Positions 1-13,180 of a stretch of 64,000 nt of DNA are shown here, one piece after another. The notes below the pieces were generated by a model. It had not been told where the DNA came from and did not search any database. It was given only the letters and a program-made list of their open reading frames with translations. This stretch comes from Octopus sinensis. Lineage: Eukaryota. Numbering within the stretch: position 1 is the first letter of the stretch; each line of letters opens with the position of its first letter. The DNA lies in the NCBI RefSeq assembly GCF_006345805.1, contig NC_043014.1, positions 46,810,001 through 46,874,000 of the forward strand, written 5' to 3'. A program made the translations under genes and the position numbers.

Positions 1-140
1 CAGTGTGTACATGAAACACACCAACAATAGGTACAACTTTGACAAACCAGATATTCAAGTGATCAGCTATCAATGAATTATTGATACTACATACAAAACT
101 GTACAAGACACCATCACTAGCAATCAATAAGCTTATACCC

Positions 141-174
141 ATTATTATTATAATTATAATTATTATTATTATTA

Positions 175-210
<36 letters not shown>

Positions 211-241
211 GTTATTATTATTATTATCATTATTATTATTA

Positions 242-296
<55 letters not shown>

Positions 297-303
297 CATT
301 ATT
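141..303. repeat. (ATT)n microsatellite
   Basis: Direct reading. Confidence 0.95.
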
Positions 304-310
304 ATATAAG

Positions 311-457
311 GGTAAGTGGATTGGTAGAACCATTAGCATGTCAGATAAAATGCTTAGGAATATTTCTTCTTGGTTTATGTTCTGAGTTCAAATTCCACTG
401 GTGTCGACTTTGTCTTTCATTGTTTCTGGGTCGATAAAATGAGCTCCAGTCAAGCAC

Positions 458-459
<2 letters not shown>
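311..459 (+). mobile_element. SINE-C, diverged
   Basis: gttctgagttcaaattcc (B-box-like)...gtcgactttgtctttcat...gggtcgataaaatgag. Confidence 0.65.
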
Positions 460-502
<43 letters not shown>

Positions 503-814
503 TTTTATATGCTTCAGCCTTGAGGCTGAGGCCATGCTGGGGCGCCACTAGTGATATATATATATATATACATGTTATGTATATCTATACATATGTTGTA
601 TATTTGTGTGTATACTTGCAGTGTCTTAAAGATATACAAATAAAAGCACTGGAATTATTCCAGCCCTTAAAATGTTAGGCTTGGTGTCTTTAGTAGAAAG
701 AATTGAAGATGGTAAACTGTCAAAATTGTTAGCATACCGGTCAGGATGTTTAGCGGCATTTCATTCTGATTTTGCATTCCGAGTTCAAATTCCACCAAGG
801 TTGACTCTGCCTTT

Positions 815-972
815 CATCATCATCATCATCATCATCATCATCGTCTAACCTTCCATCGTCTAACCTTCCAGGTTGGATGGCTTGACAAGAGCCAGCCAGT
901 TATGAGCCTGCACCAGACTCCTGGGTCTGTTGCAGTAGGGTTTTTTTATGGCTGGATGCACTTCCTAACACC
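815..972 (-). mobile_element. RTE 3' UTR (family B), diverged
   Basis: (CAT)n followed by ...ggctggatgcacttcctaacacc. Confidence 0.55.
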
Positions 973-1035
973 GAGCAGAAAAACGAAAATAGAGCACATC
1001 AAGAAAATGGTAGAGTTTTCAAAATTTGAAGAGAA

Positions 1036-1280
1036 CATCATCATCATCATCATCATTTTTTAACGTCTGCTTTCCATGCTAGCATGGGTTGGACGGTTCA
1101 ACTGGGGTCTGGGAAGCTCAAAGGCTGCACCAGGCCCAGTCAGATCTGGCAGTGTTTCTACAGCTGGATGCCCTTCCTAACGCCAACCACTCCGTGAGTG
1201 TAGTGGGTGCTTTTTATGTGCCACCGACACAGGTGCCAGACGAGGCTGGCGAACGGCCACGCTTGGATGGTGCTTTTTAC
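1036..1280 (-). mobile_element. RTE 3' UTR (family B)
   Basis: (CAT)n-tttaacgtc...ctggatgcccttcctaacgccaaccactccgtgagtgtagtgggtgc. Confidence 0.85.
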
Positions 1281-1543
1281 ATTAATTCACAGGAAGTGAA
1301 CAGCTGGTACATTAATGACACCACCCATGCATTACCAGACACTGGCTCTCGTGGTTTCTGATGTTAACTGATTGGAAGTGTTATCATGTACATGTTTTGT
1401 CTTGGTGTAAAAGATGGGCCATGGCAAATATTCAGCTCAATAACATAGATTTGCTTGTCAGTTGTTTGACTTTAACCAGTTTAGTGGCTGACAATATATG
1501 CATGTCTAATTACAAGCAGAAGTAGTGGTGGGGAGGCATCATA

Positions 1544-1710
1544 GGCGTAGGAGTGGCTGTGTGGTAAGTAGCTTGCTAACCAACCACATGGTTCCGGGTT
1601 CAGTCCCACTGCGTGGCATCTTGGGCAAGTGCCTTCTACTATAGCCTTGGGCTGACCAAAACCTTGTGACTGGATTTGGTAGATGGAAACTGAAAGAAGC
1701 GTGTCGTATA
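1544..1710 (+). mobile_element. SINE-A (tRNA head plus CORE-like ccttgggcaagtg), 5' half
   Basis: ggcgtaggagtggctgtgtggtaag...ggttccgggttcagtcc...cttgggcaagtg, followed by (TA)n. Confidence 0.85.
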
Positions 1711-1731
1711 TATGCATATATACATATATAT

Positions 1732-1825
<94 letters not shown>

Positions 1826-2133
1826 ATATATGCATATATATATATATAAATATTATATATGTATAAGGATGAAAAGGAACACACGAGTTGATATATATGA
1901 AAAAACAAGTCACGATAGAAAATGCTAAAATAATTTTATAAAGAACATTTCAGTACCGGTTTCAGTCATTGAGACTTTTTCAACTGTAACAATTAAATAG
2001 TTTCTAATGCAAACACCAGAGACACACGACTACACAAACATATGCACACACATACAATACATACATACATACATACATACATACATACATACATACATAC
2101 ATACATACATACATACATACATACATACATACA

Positions 2134-2169
<36 letters not shown>

Positions 2170-2214
2170 TGTGTATATATGTGTATATATGTATGTATAT
2201 ATATATGTATATAT

Positions 2215-2371
2215 GACGGGCTTCTTTCAGTTTCCGTCTACCAAATCCACTCACAAGGCTTTGGTCAGCCCGAAGCTACAGTAGAAGACACTTGCCCAAG
2301 GTACCATGCAGTGGGACTGAACCCGGAACCTTGTAGCTGGTAAGCAAGCTACTTACCACACAGCCACTCCT
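2215..2371 (-). mobile_element. SINE-A 5' half
   Basis: Reverse-complement match to the SINE-A head. Confidence 0.85.
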
Positions 2372-2778
2372 GTAGTGTCCAACATTGTGGAATTTAACCA
2401 AAGATGATCAAATTCTATGGATGTTGTCTTCAGACTCAGTCTGTAGCTATTGATTGGAGTCAGTTGACATTATCTAATGAACAGACACAGCTTACTGAAC
2501 AAAATGACTCCATTATAATGTATGAAGCTACGTTACTATAATGTCGATGCTATGACATATAGAACTACAATATTATAATGTGTAGAACTATGTTACTATA
2601 ATGTATACAACTACATCATCATATAGAACTACATTACTATATAATACACTTGTGTTATATACAACGTTGGTTTACAAGTATAACAGTAAATAGAACATCA
2701 CAACAACACTTTTTGTATATCATTCCAAAGATTGTTGTTTACCATCTGTTTCGGACAGACACGTCTGAATAGCAGAGC

Positions 2779-3600
2779 ACACACACACACACACATGCAC
2801 ACACACACACATGCACACACACACACATGCATGTATGCACAGACATACATGCATGCACACACATATGCATGCATGCACACACACACATGCATGCACACAC
2901 ACACATGCATGCATGCACACACACACAAACACACATATACATGCATGCACACACACATGCATACACACACACAAACACACATATACATGCATACAGGCAT
3001 ACGCAAGTGTATATGCACAAATTCATACATATACACTCACACAGACGTATATACTCACATATGTAGCACATGTATACACGTATGCACTCACTGTACACCC
3101 ATGAACATACATACACACACATATCAACATGCATACATGCACATACATGCATACGTACATACATACATACACAAATATATATGCACACATACACACATAC
3201 ATACAGGCATGCAGACACATGTATGTATATATATATATACATGCACACACACACACACATACATGCACACACATATACACACACATACACATATATACAT
3301 GCACACACAGCATACACACACTCACATGCACACACGTACATACACACATGCATACACACACATATATATGTACAGACACATGTATATATATATTACATGC
3401 ACACACACACACATATACATGCACACACACATATACACACACACACATACATATATACATGCACACACAGACACACACAGCATACACACACACTCACATG
3501 CATACACGTACATACACACATATACATGTACACACACGCAGACATACATACAGACATGCAGGCACATGTATACATACACACACACTCACACACAAATTCA
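2779..3600. repeat. Compound (CA)/(TA)/(TGCA) microsatellite
   Basis: Direct reading. Confidence 0.95.
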
Positions 3601-3721
3601 AACATACAGCCCCTTGGTTAACCCTAGTAAGTACAGGGGGGGGAGATGCCCCACAACCACCACCACCACCCAACTCAAACATTAAACTTGTCCCCTTTGT
3701 GTTATAGATAAGGCTTGGCTA

Positions 3722-4776
3722 ACACTACTACTACTACTACTACTACTATACTAATACTACAACAACTACAATAACAACAACTACTACTACTACAATAACA
3801 ACATCTACTACTACAACAACTACTACTTCTACTACTACAATAACAACAACTACTACTACTACTATAACAACAACAACAACAACAACAACAACAATAACAA
3901 CAATAACAACAACTGCTACAACTCCTACAGTAACAACAATTATCACAACAGCTGCTATTAGTGCTACTACTACTACAACTACAACTGCTACTACTACTAC
4001 TACTACAGTACAACAACAGCAGCAAAAACATTAGCAACAGCAACAACAACGACAACAACAGATACTACTACCACCACCATCACCACTACCAATACTACTA
4101 CTGCTACTACTACTACTAACAGCACCACCACCACTACCTCCACTACCACTAGTATCACTACTACTACTACTACTAACAGCACCACCACCACTACCTCCAC
4201 TACCACTAGTATCACTACTACTACTACTACTAACAGCACCACCATCACCACTACTACTACTACTAATAGCACTACCACCACTACTACCACTACCACTAGT
4301 ACCACTACTACTACTACTACTAGCACTACTACCACTACCACCACTACCACTACTACTACTACTACTACTCGCACAGGAACAACTACAGTAACCAAAAGTA
4401 CTACAATAACATCAACAATCGTAACAGCAACAACTACTACTACTTCGACTACTACGACTACTACTATTGCAACGATGACGACGATAATATCTACCACCAC
4501 CACTACTACTACTACTATTACTATTACTGCTACTATAGCTGCTGCTGCTGCTGCTACTGTGGTGTAATTACGTAAACAAAATAATTTGAGGAAAATATGT
4601 CTTGTAGGTAAATTAATTGGTAGAATATCTTTTGTGCGTCGCTACACATTTGAAGGTGTCGATGATGATGATGACGACGATGACGACGACGACGGTGACG
4701 ATGACGATGATGATGATGGGGAGAAGGAGGAGGGGAGGAAGGGGAGGATGATGATGGCGATGACGATGGTGACGAC

Positions 4777-4811
<35 letters not shown>

Positions 4812-5015
4812 CGGTGATGATGATGACGACGATGACGACGACGACGGTGACGATGACGATGATGATGATGGGGAGAAGGAGGAGGGGAGGAAGGGGAGGA
4901 TGATGATGGCGATGACGATGGTGACGATGATGATGATGATGATGATGATGATGGGGAGGAGGACGAGGAGGAGGAGGATGGTGATGATGATGATGATGAC
5001 GACGACGACGATGAC

Positions 5016-5055
<40 letters not shown>

Positions 5056-5117
5056 GGGAGGAGGAGGAGGAGGAGGAGGATGGTGATGATGATGATGACG
5101 ACGACGACGACGATGAC

Positions 5118-5151
<34 letters not shown>

Positions 5152-5962
5152 GGAGAGGAGGAGGAGGATGGTGATGATGATGATGATGACGACGACGACG
5201 ACGATGACGATGATGATGATGATGAGGAGGAGGAGGAGGAGGAGGAGGAGATAAGGAGGAGGAGGAGGAGGATGATGCTGGCGATGACGATGGTGAAGAT
5301 GATGATGATGATGATGGTGGTGAAGATGATGATGACGATGTTGATGTGAAGCTTGTAGTTGTGGCGATGTCAGTAGTGGTTTAGTAGTAGTAGTAGTAGT
5401 AGCAGTAGTAGTAGTAGTAGTAGTAGCAGTAGTAGTAGTAGTAGTGGTGGTGGTGGTGGTGGTGGTGGTGGTGATGATGCGTTAGTAGCAATAACAATGA
5501 TGATGGTGACGATGATATTGCTTACGACTATAGTGATGACGATGACGTCGGTGATGGTGGCAGTAGTAGCTTTAATAACAATGATGATGATGATGGTGGT
5601 GGCGGCGGCGGTAGTGGTAGTGGTGGTGGTGGTGGTGGTGATAGTCGTGGTGTTAGCGATGATGATGATGATGATGGTGGTACTGGTTGTTAATGGTGGT
5701 TGTGATGTTGGTGGTGATATTGATGATATCGATGATACTAGTTACGATGATGATGATGATGATGATGATGTTGACGTCGATGGTAGTGGTGATGGTAATG
5801 GTGGTGGTGGGGGTGGGGTGCAGTGCTTGTAATGGAAATGACTTGGTGGTAACGACGATGACGACGACGACGACGATGATGATGGCAATGACGATGATGA
5901 TGGTGGAGGTGGTGGTGGTGGTTGTGATGGTGATGATGATGATGACGGTGATGATGGTGACG
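3722..5962. repeat. Compound trinucleotide arrays: (CTA/CAA/CCA)n then (GAT/GAC/GAG/GTA/GGT)n
   Basis: Direct reading; ~152-bp internal duplication at 4718 and 4870. Confidence 0.95.
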
Positions 5963-7196
5963 ATAGGTAAAACGTATATATTTAGCCAAGCGCACTTTGC
6001 CGAATCGATCAATAAAAAGACATTTTTGGTTGTTTCCACGGCAGGTTGTAATCTCCACTGTTTCACCTGTCTGTCTGTGTGTCTTTGTGTGTGTCTTTGT
6101 GTGTGTGTGTGTGTGTGTGTGTGTCAGAGCACACCTATGTGTGTGTGTGTGTGTATGTGAACATACCTGTGTGTGTGTATGTGAACATACCTGTGTGTAT
6201 GTGTACATACCTGTGTGTGTGTATGTGTGTTAGCGAAACAGTTGACAGTTGTACCTTGCTACCAGACGGTAGGGAAGGGAGAGTAAGGGGGAGGGGGAAG
6301 AGGGGGGGACGAGATGCACACTGCAGTGGAGGTTGGTGGGGGGGGGGGGAGAGAGAAGGTGGGGTGCTCGCAGGTAAAAGGAAATTACCATGACGAACAT
6401 GAAATGGAAACAGGGGGGAACATGTGACATACATGTCAGCCTTAATGATGACGACAGTGGTGGTGGTAGTGGTGGTAGTGGTGGTGGTGGTGGTGGTGGT
6501 GGTGGTGGTAGTGGTGGTGGTGGTGATGTTGCTTCTGATTGTAGTGATGGTGATGGTGATGATGATGATGATGTTGATGGTGGTAGTGAGGGGAGGGGGT
6601 GAGTGTGAGTGATGACGTTGTTCGTGATGACGATGATAATAATGTTGGTAGTAGTGATGGTAGTGGTGATAGTGGTGGTTGTGGTGGTGTTAGTGGTGGG
6701 AGTGGTGGTAGTGGTGGTAGTGATGGTGATGATGTTGGCGAAGGTAAATATGATGATGATGATGATGATGATGAAGATGATGATGAAGATGATGATTATG
6801 AAGGTGATGATGATGATGGTGATGATGAAGATGATGATGATGGTGATGATATTGGTGGTGGTGGTGGTGGTGGTGGTGTGGTGGTGGTGGTGGCAGTGAT
6901 GAAATTATCACAGTATTTGTTGTTTGCATTTTAAAATTCTTTTAGTTTCATTAATAGTGATATTGTAACAATAATGAGGAAGAGGAGGAGGAGGACAAGG
7001 AGGACGAGGACGGGAGGAGGAGGACGAGGGAAGGACAGTTTGTATATTCTAAGGTTAAAAAAACTGAGATGAACAAAATTTGCGACACTCATGAGATAGA
7101 TTTTCTCTCTCTCTCTCTCTAGATATGTATACATTCAAGTGTGGGCGTGTGTAGGTGTGTGTGTGTGTGCGTGTGTGTGTGTATGTGTGTGTGTTG

Positions 7197-7518
7197 GTGA
7201 AGGCATGTGGTTTAGTGGTTAGGGTACTCGGCTCACAATCATGAATTCACGAGTTCAATTCTCGGCAGTGTGTTGTGTCCTTGAGCAAGACACTTTATCT
7301 CACCTTGCTCAGGTCCACTCAGCTGGCAAAAAGTGGGTCGTACCTGTAGATCAAAGGACCAGCCTCGTCACATCCTGTTTCATACTGAATCTCCCTGAGA
7401 ACTACATAATGGCTATGCGTATTTGTGGAGTACTCAGCCACCTGCACGCTAATAGTATGAGCAGGCTGTTCCATCAATCGAATCAACTGGAACCCTTTCC
7501 ATTGTAACCGACGGAGCG
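7197..7518 (+). mobile_element. SINE-E (tRNA head, CORE-like tgtccttgagcaagacac)
   Basis: A-box tggtttagtgg and B-box gagttcaatt; homologous to 18480-18715 and 30362-30672. Confidence 0.75.
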
Positions 7519-8075
7519 TGTGTGTATGTGTGTGTATGCGTGTATGCATGTGTGTTCATATGTGTATATGTGTGCATGTGTGTACATATGTTTGTGTGTG
7601 CACATATGTTGTGCATATGTATGAGTGTATGTGTGTGTGTGCATGTGTGTGTGAGCACATGTGTGTGTATATATATGTTGTGCATGTGTGTGTGTGTATG
7701 TGTGTGTGTGTATATATATGTTGCACATGTGTGTGTGTGTGCATGTGTGTGTGAGCACATGTGTGTGTATATATATGTTGTGCATGTGTGTGTGTGTATG
7801 TGTGTGTGTGAACACGTGTGTGTGTGTATATATATGTTGCGCATGTGTGTGTGTGTGCATGTGTGTGTGAGCACATGTGTGTGTATATATATGTTGTGCA
7901 TGTGTGTGTGTGTGTGTGTGTGTGTGAACACGTGTGTGTGTGTGTATATATGTTGCACATGTGTGTGTGTGTGCATGTGTGTGTGAGCACATGTGTGTGT
8001 GTATATATGTTGCGCATGTGTGTGTGAGCACATGTGTGTGTATATATATGTTGCGCATGTGTGTGTGTGTGTGTG
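7519..8075. repeat. (TG)-derived array with a higher-order unit (gagcacatgtgtgtgtatatatatgttg)
   Basis: The marker gagcacatg recurs several times at roughly 60-120 bp spacing. Confidence 0.85.
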
Positions 8076-8479
8076 CTTGTGTCTCCTTGCCGTGACATCA
8101 CACAATCATTGTAAATAAATGCCACCGTCATACAAGCAGTGATGTTTTGTTTGAAAGTATTTTCATCCTTGCATTCAAAGGATTGTAGGGAAATATGTTA
8201 CTTGATAACAGGTGAAGTTTCACAAGAGTATCTGGCTGTGGGAAATCTGTCTCAATGAATTTTGTCCGATCCATGCAAGCATAGAAAGATAAGCATTAAA
8301 ATTATGATGATGATATATATGTTTGTGTGTGTGTGTGAATGTGTATGTGTGTGTAAGCCTTATTGAGAAGGTATTTAAAAATAGGTATACTCAGCATATA
8401 TATTCTTTCCGGTATAGTGAATAACTTAACTTCATTATCTCAATATTTTAGTTATTGAGAGAATTTGTCTTTTGTGTTC

Positions 8480-8860
8480 TCTTCAGGCTTCTTGCTCTTG
8501 TTCACAAGCCTCATATCAAGTATGCCTTCTCTGTTCATCTACCTATCACTACATTTCTTTTGCATCCATAGTTTATAATGGTCACATCCTGCGGAAATCC
8601 TTTCTATTCCTTTTATGCATACCAAGTATTGTAATTTCCGTGATGATATCAAGGTTACATCTACTCTTCTACTCATTAATATGCTAGTCCTTGATAAGTT
8701 TACTAGAAGATCAATGGATTTTAACTTTGGCTTCCATGTTTGGAATTGTTCTCCCAATTGATACTTTTCTGCCAACTCCTTTTCAGCATATTGAGTGCAG
8801 CCATTTCTCTGCTTGTAGCAGGTTCCTGTCTCTTTTCTGATACACAAAGAGTTCAATTCT
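8480..8860 (-). mobile_element. Possible highly degenerate RTE-type ORF2 C-terminal fragment
   Basis: Weak motifs AEKW...MLKRSW and LISSRKLQYL. Confidence 0.35.
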
Positions 8861-8914
8861 TCACTTCCTGGTTTAGCATTTGTGTCTGGAAATTCTACAC
8901 CAAATCTTCTTTCA

Positions 8915-9120
8915 CCTTTTCAATACTAACCTGGCTGAAACCGCCTCTGGCTCTGTTGTACAATTGTCTTGTTTTCATAAGTTCTGAATTAAAATCTTCC
9001 ACCAAACCTTAGTCAAAATTTATGCTCCTAACACTAGATTATTTTACTAAATTCTTTCTTATATTTAAAGTAAGTGAAAGAAACACAGAGCATCTCAAAA
9101 TAAATATGGTAACGAATGGG
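8915..9120. mobile_element. Second, more decayed copy of the same MITE
   Basis: Colinear with 9154-9363; right TIR ggtaacgaatggg-TTAA. Confidence 0.75.
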
Positions 9121-9153
9121 TTAAATATATATAATAGAGAAATAATTTCTTAA

Positions 9154-9363
9154 CCCTTTTGATACCAACCCAGCTGAAATCACTTCTGGCTCTGTAGCAC
9201 AAGCCTTATTTTCATAAGTTCTGAATTAAAATCTTCCACCAAAACTTAGTCGTAATATATGTTCCTAACACTAGCCTAATGATAACTAAGTTATTTTTTG
9301 TTATATTTAAAATTAATTGAAAGTAACACAGCGCATCTCAAAATAAATATGGTAACGAAAGGG
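9154..9363. mobile_element. TTAA-flanked (piggyBac-like) MITE
   Basis: TTAA-CCCTTTTGATACCA ... TGGTAACGAAAGGG-TTAA. Confidence 0.85.
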
Positions 9364-9524
9364 TTAAGATTCTGCTACAGAATCTAAGCCAATATAGAGA
9401 AGTTCCCACCCAGTGTTAAACTTCTTTATTATGTCTTAGGATACTATAATAAACAAAGCGAGGCTAAGAATTGAACCCTGCTGGGTTCAAGCTAAATTTA
9501 TTACTGTCACAATTTGAACCCCTC

Positions 9525-9968
9525 TCACAAACTATTCCTCTACCCCTAGCTTTCTTAGCAACGACCAGATTACAGAACTCAATCAAAAGCCTTCTCCAGG
9601 TCTACAAATACTAGATGTAGGAGCTTACTCAGAATTAAGTACTTCTCCTGCCTTTGTCTCACTAGAAATATAGCATCAGTAATATCTTTTCCTGGCACAA
9701 AGCCAAACTGAATCTTATCCAGGCTAATCCTGTTCATAAACAGTTTTGCAATAACTCTCTCTGCAATTTTCATAACCTGTTCCATCCAACAGTTTGCTGC
9801 CTTTGTAGTTTCCTCTCTCAAGTACGTCTCCTTTGCCTTTCTAGCAGTTTGTGATCATACTGCAACACCAGTCATTGGCCTTGACATCTTCCAGTATTAC
9901 ATTAGTCATTAATCATGTGACTAACTCACACCCTACTTCAACAGATGTTTTAAGCTTCTCAGTGATTC
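9525..9968 (-). mobile_element. RTE LINE ORF2 RT fragment
   Basis: KGKGDVLERGNYKG...QVMKIAERVIAKL...QFGFVPGKDITDAIFLVRQRQEKYL...FVDLEKAFD, with stops and frameshifts. Confidence 0.9.
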
Positions 9969-9992
9969 TGCTGGACAAACTGATTTCTTTAT

Positions 9993-10433
9993 ACTCTTTA
10001 CTCTTTACTCTTTACTCTTTACTCTTTTACTTGTTTCAGTAATTTGACTGTGGCCATGCTGGAGGACCACTTTTAGTCGAGCAAATCGACCCCGGGACTT
10101 ATTCCTTGTAAGCCTAGTACTTATTCTATCGGTCTCTTTTGCTGAACCGCTAAGTCACGGTGACCTAAACACACCAGCATCGGTTGTCAAGCGATGTTGG
10201 GGGGCAGGGGACAAACACAGACACACAAACACATACACACACATGCATATATATATATATATACATACACGATGGGCTTCTTTCAGTTTCCGTCTACCAA
10301 ATCCACTCACAAGGCTTTGGTCGGCCCGAGGCTATAGTAGAAGACACTTGCCCAAGGTGCCACACAGTGGGACTGAACCTGGAACCATGTGGCTGGTAAG
10401 AAAGCTATTTACCACACAGCCACTCCTAGGCCT
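9993..10433 (-). mobile_element. SINE-A, full length
   Basis: Head, central TA/TG microsatellite and tail cagtcaaatgactgaaacaag(taaaagag)n. Confidence 0.9.
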
Positions 10434-10588
10434 ATGTCTTTGCATATGTACATGCTTGTTTATTCCAGCTATGTGCGTCATTTGTTAATCTCACAACCTG
10501 CTTATGTCTGACACCAGACGTGTATAGTCATATATGGACAGATAAATCCATATATGTGTATGTGAACATAAAAAAATATGACCATAAA

Positions 10589-11165
10589 TCTTTATATATA
10601 AAAGTGAGGTTGTGTGCTGTCTGTCTCCTGCGATTTAGATTCCTAACTACTCCCACATTTTGCGGTGCAGTTTAACCAAAACCGGGTATCTTATAGTCAT
10701 GATTCATATCGAGCCCTTCTGGGTATTAGCGCGCATCTACGATGAGTCTACGATTTTAAAAAAATTTACCATCAATTTTTCCCATTTTTAATGCATTTTT
10801 GGCATATATAAGGGAAGTAACTCTCTAAAAATTTATTATTAACCCCTTACCCGGCAGAAACGAATATATGCGTTTTGACCTAAATTGTTTGTTTCTATCT
10901 CTGGCGAGTTAACTCGTCAAAAGATAGACTCGCCAAAATCGACAATTAAAAAATAAAACAATTAAAAAATATGTCTGAAAAAATACATTTATTTTCAAAA
11001 TAATTGTTGGGTAAGGGGTTAAATCTCAGAACGCAAAAAGCTACAGTAACACCCCCGCTCTTTGTGGTTAGCCATATTGAGATAGCTATTATACTTTACA
11101 TCTCTAAAAATGCTTATATAGTTATTTCCCTTACAAACCCGAGCAACGCCGGGCGATACTGCTAG
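10589..11165 (+). mobile_element. Non-autonomous Helitron
   Basis: 5' TC(tttatatataaaag), subterminal hairpin cccgagcaacgccggg (11138-11153), 3' CTAG; inserted between A10588 and T11166. Confidence 0.8.
10843..11018. mobile_element. TTAA-flanked (piggyBac-like) MITE nested in the Helitron
   Basis: TTAA-CCCCTTACCCGGCA ... TGTTGGGTAAGGGG-TTAA. Confidence 0.85.
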
Positions 11166-11561
11166 TCAGAATATAAAAATAGATTTCAACTGGTAGCTAT
11201 AGGAGTATATGTAGGGGTAATGATAGAGATGGCGGGAAAAGGGAATACACAGAAAACTTTACTGCTCACAACAATCATTTTGAAACATTCTACATCGATC
11301 CCATGGAGTTGTGGTGAATCCCTCAGTACAGAAGCATCTTGTCAGATGACATAATAAGAGATATCTCATTCAATGAACTCCATCTTGCTCAGATTTAATA
11401 CAGCATGTTGTTATTGTCCGTAGGTTCAAACTGTTGGGCAGGGTTGTGTCAATTACCACGGATGACACCAGGTAGCCATAGATTGTGAATGTGTTTTATT
11501 GGTGTACTGCTAGGAACATACCCAACACTTAAATATTCTACCACCTGATTGGCACTCGTAA

Positions 11562-11958
11562 CATCATCATCATCATCATCATCATCATCGTTTAACGTCC
11601 GTTTTCCGCGCTAGCACGGGTTGGACGGTTCGACCGGGGATCTGGGAAGCCAGAAGGCTGCACCAGGCTCCAGTCTGATCTGGCAGTGTTTCTACAGCTG
11701 GATGCCCTTCCTAACGCCAACCACTCCACGAGTGTAGTGGGTGCTTTTTACGTGCCACCTGCACAGGTGCCAGGGGGGTCTGGCATCGGCCACGATCGGT
11801 TGGTGCTTTTAACATGCCACCGGCACGGAAGCCAGCCACGGTGAGGCTGGCATCGGCCACGTTCGGATGGTGCTTTTTATGTGCCACTGGCACAGAAGCC
11901 AGTCGAGGCGGCGCTGGCAAAGGCCACATTCGGATGGTGCTTTTTATGTGCCACCGAC
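11562..11958 (-). mobile_element. RTE 3' UTR (family B) with four internal modules
   Basis: Same consensus; the module core gtgctttttaYgtgccac recurs every ~62-70 bp. Confidence 0.9.
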
Positions 11959-11964
11959 ACCTGT

Positions 11965-12418
11965 TAAAAGCACACTCCGAGCGGGATCATTGCCAGGGCC
12001 GCTGACTGGCTCCTGCGCAGGTGGCACATAAAAAGCACCATTTGAGTGTGATTGTTGCCAGCGTTGCCTTACTGGCACATGCGCCGGTGGAACGTGAAAA
12101 ACAACATTTGAGCATGGTTGTTGCCAGTGCCGCCACACTGGCTCCCATGCAGGTGGCACATAAAAACACCTTTTGAGTGTGAATGTTGCCTGTACCGCAT
12201 GAATGGCCCTCATGCCGGTGGCATGTAAAAGCACCTACTACACTCTCGAAGTGGTTGGTATTAGGAAGAGTATCCAGTTGTAGAAACTTTGCCAGATCAG
12301 ATTGGAGCCTGGTGCAGCCATCTGGTTCACCAGTCCTCAGTCAAACCGTCCAACCCATGCCAGCATGGAAATCAGACATTAAACGACAATGATTATGATG
12401 ATAATGAGGATGATGATA
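11965..12418 (+). mobile_element. RTE 3' UTR (family B), head-to-head with 11562-11958
   Basis: Reverse orientation, ending cagacattaaacgacaatgattatgatgat. Confidence 0.85.
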
Positions 12419-12617
12419 TATACATATATATATCATCATCATCATTATCCTCATTATCATCATAATGAGGGTTTCTGTGGTACGTAATCAACCCTGTCGA
12501 ACTATTTTCCAAAACTAAATTACCTTGGCCTGATATTGTGTGTATGTTGTTGTCATTGTAAGAATTTTATAAACTTTTGAGAGATTATGAAATAATTTTT
12601 CTCGGATCATTTTTTGT

Positions 12618-12917
12618 TTGTTCCTTCTCGAGCCATGCCTGGCTCAAAAGGGCCAGTTTCCCAGTTTCCTTGGCGTATAGGTTCCCCACCTGGACGGGAT
12701 GCCAGTTTGTCGCAGGTGAGCTGCTAGATGTAGGAGGAAAGAGTGAGAGAAAGTTGTGGCAAAAGAGTCAGCAGAAGTTTGCCATTACCTTCTGCCAGAG
12801 CCACGTGGAGCTTAGGTGTTTCGCTCATAAACACACACATCGCTCGGTCTGAGATTCGAACCCGCGATTCCTCGACTGCGAGTCCGCTGCTCTAACCACT
12901 AGGCCATGTGCCTCCAC
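12618..12917 (-). mobile_element. SINE-F with a well-preserved tRNA-like head
   Basis: Minus strand gtggaggcacaTGGCCTAGTGGttagagcagcggactcgcagtcgaggaatcgcGGGTTCGAATCtc. Confidence 0.8.
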
Positions 12918-13180
12918 ATTGGATCATTGGATCTCAAAGCACATTGAGTATATGGAATGATAACAGTACACCTTTGGTGACTTCCTACAGAAGATGCTTG
13001 AAAGGGTAACTGTGAAAGGCTGTTAAATGTGGTGAATGCATGAGTATGTGTGTATGTGTGTGTGAGAGAGAGAGAGAGAGAAGGAGTGAAAACCTTTCCA
13101 AAATAAACCTAAGAAAGGGGTCAGCCATCTAAGTTGACAATAGTATGGTAATGATAGACAGTGTGATTAAGAATATGAAA

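Noticed and set aside
6290-6365. G-rich tract with G-quadruplex potential
   Set aside because: Common in this low-complexity context, with nothing pointing to function.
11562-12418. Regularly spaced palindromic modules resembling a CRISPR array
   Set aside because: Eukaryotic context, no unique spacers and no cas genes; the modules are part of the RTE 3' UTR.
12850-12917. SINE-F head as a functional tRNA gene
   Set aside because: It has A and B boxes but no proper acceptor stem and continues into a SINE body.
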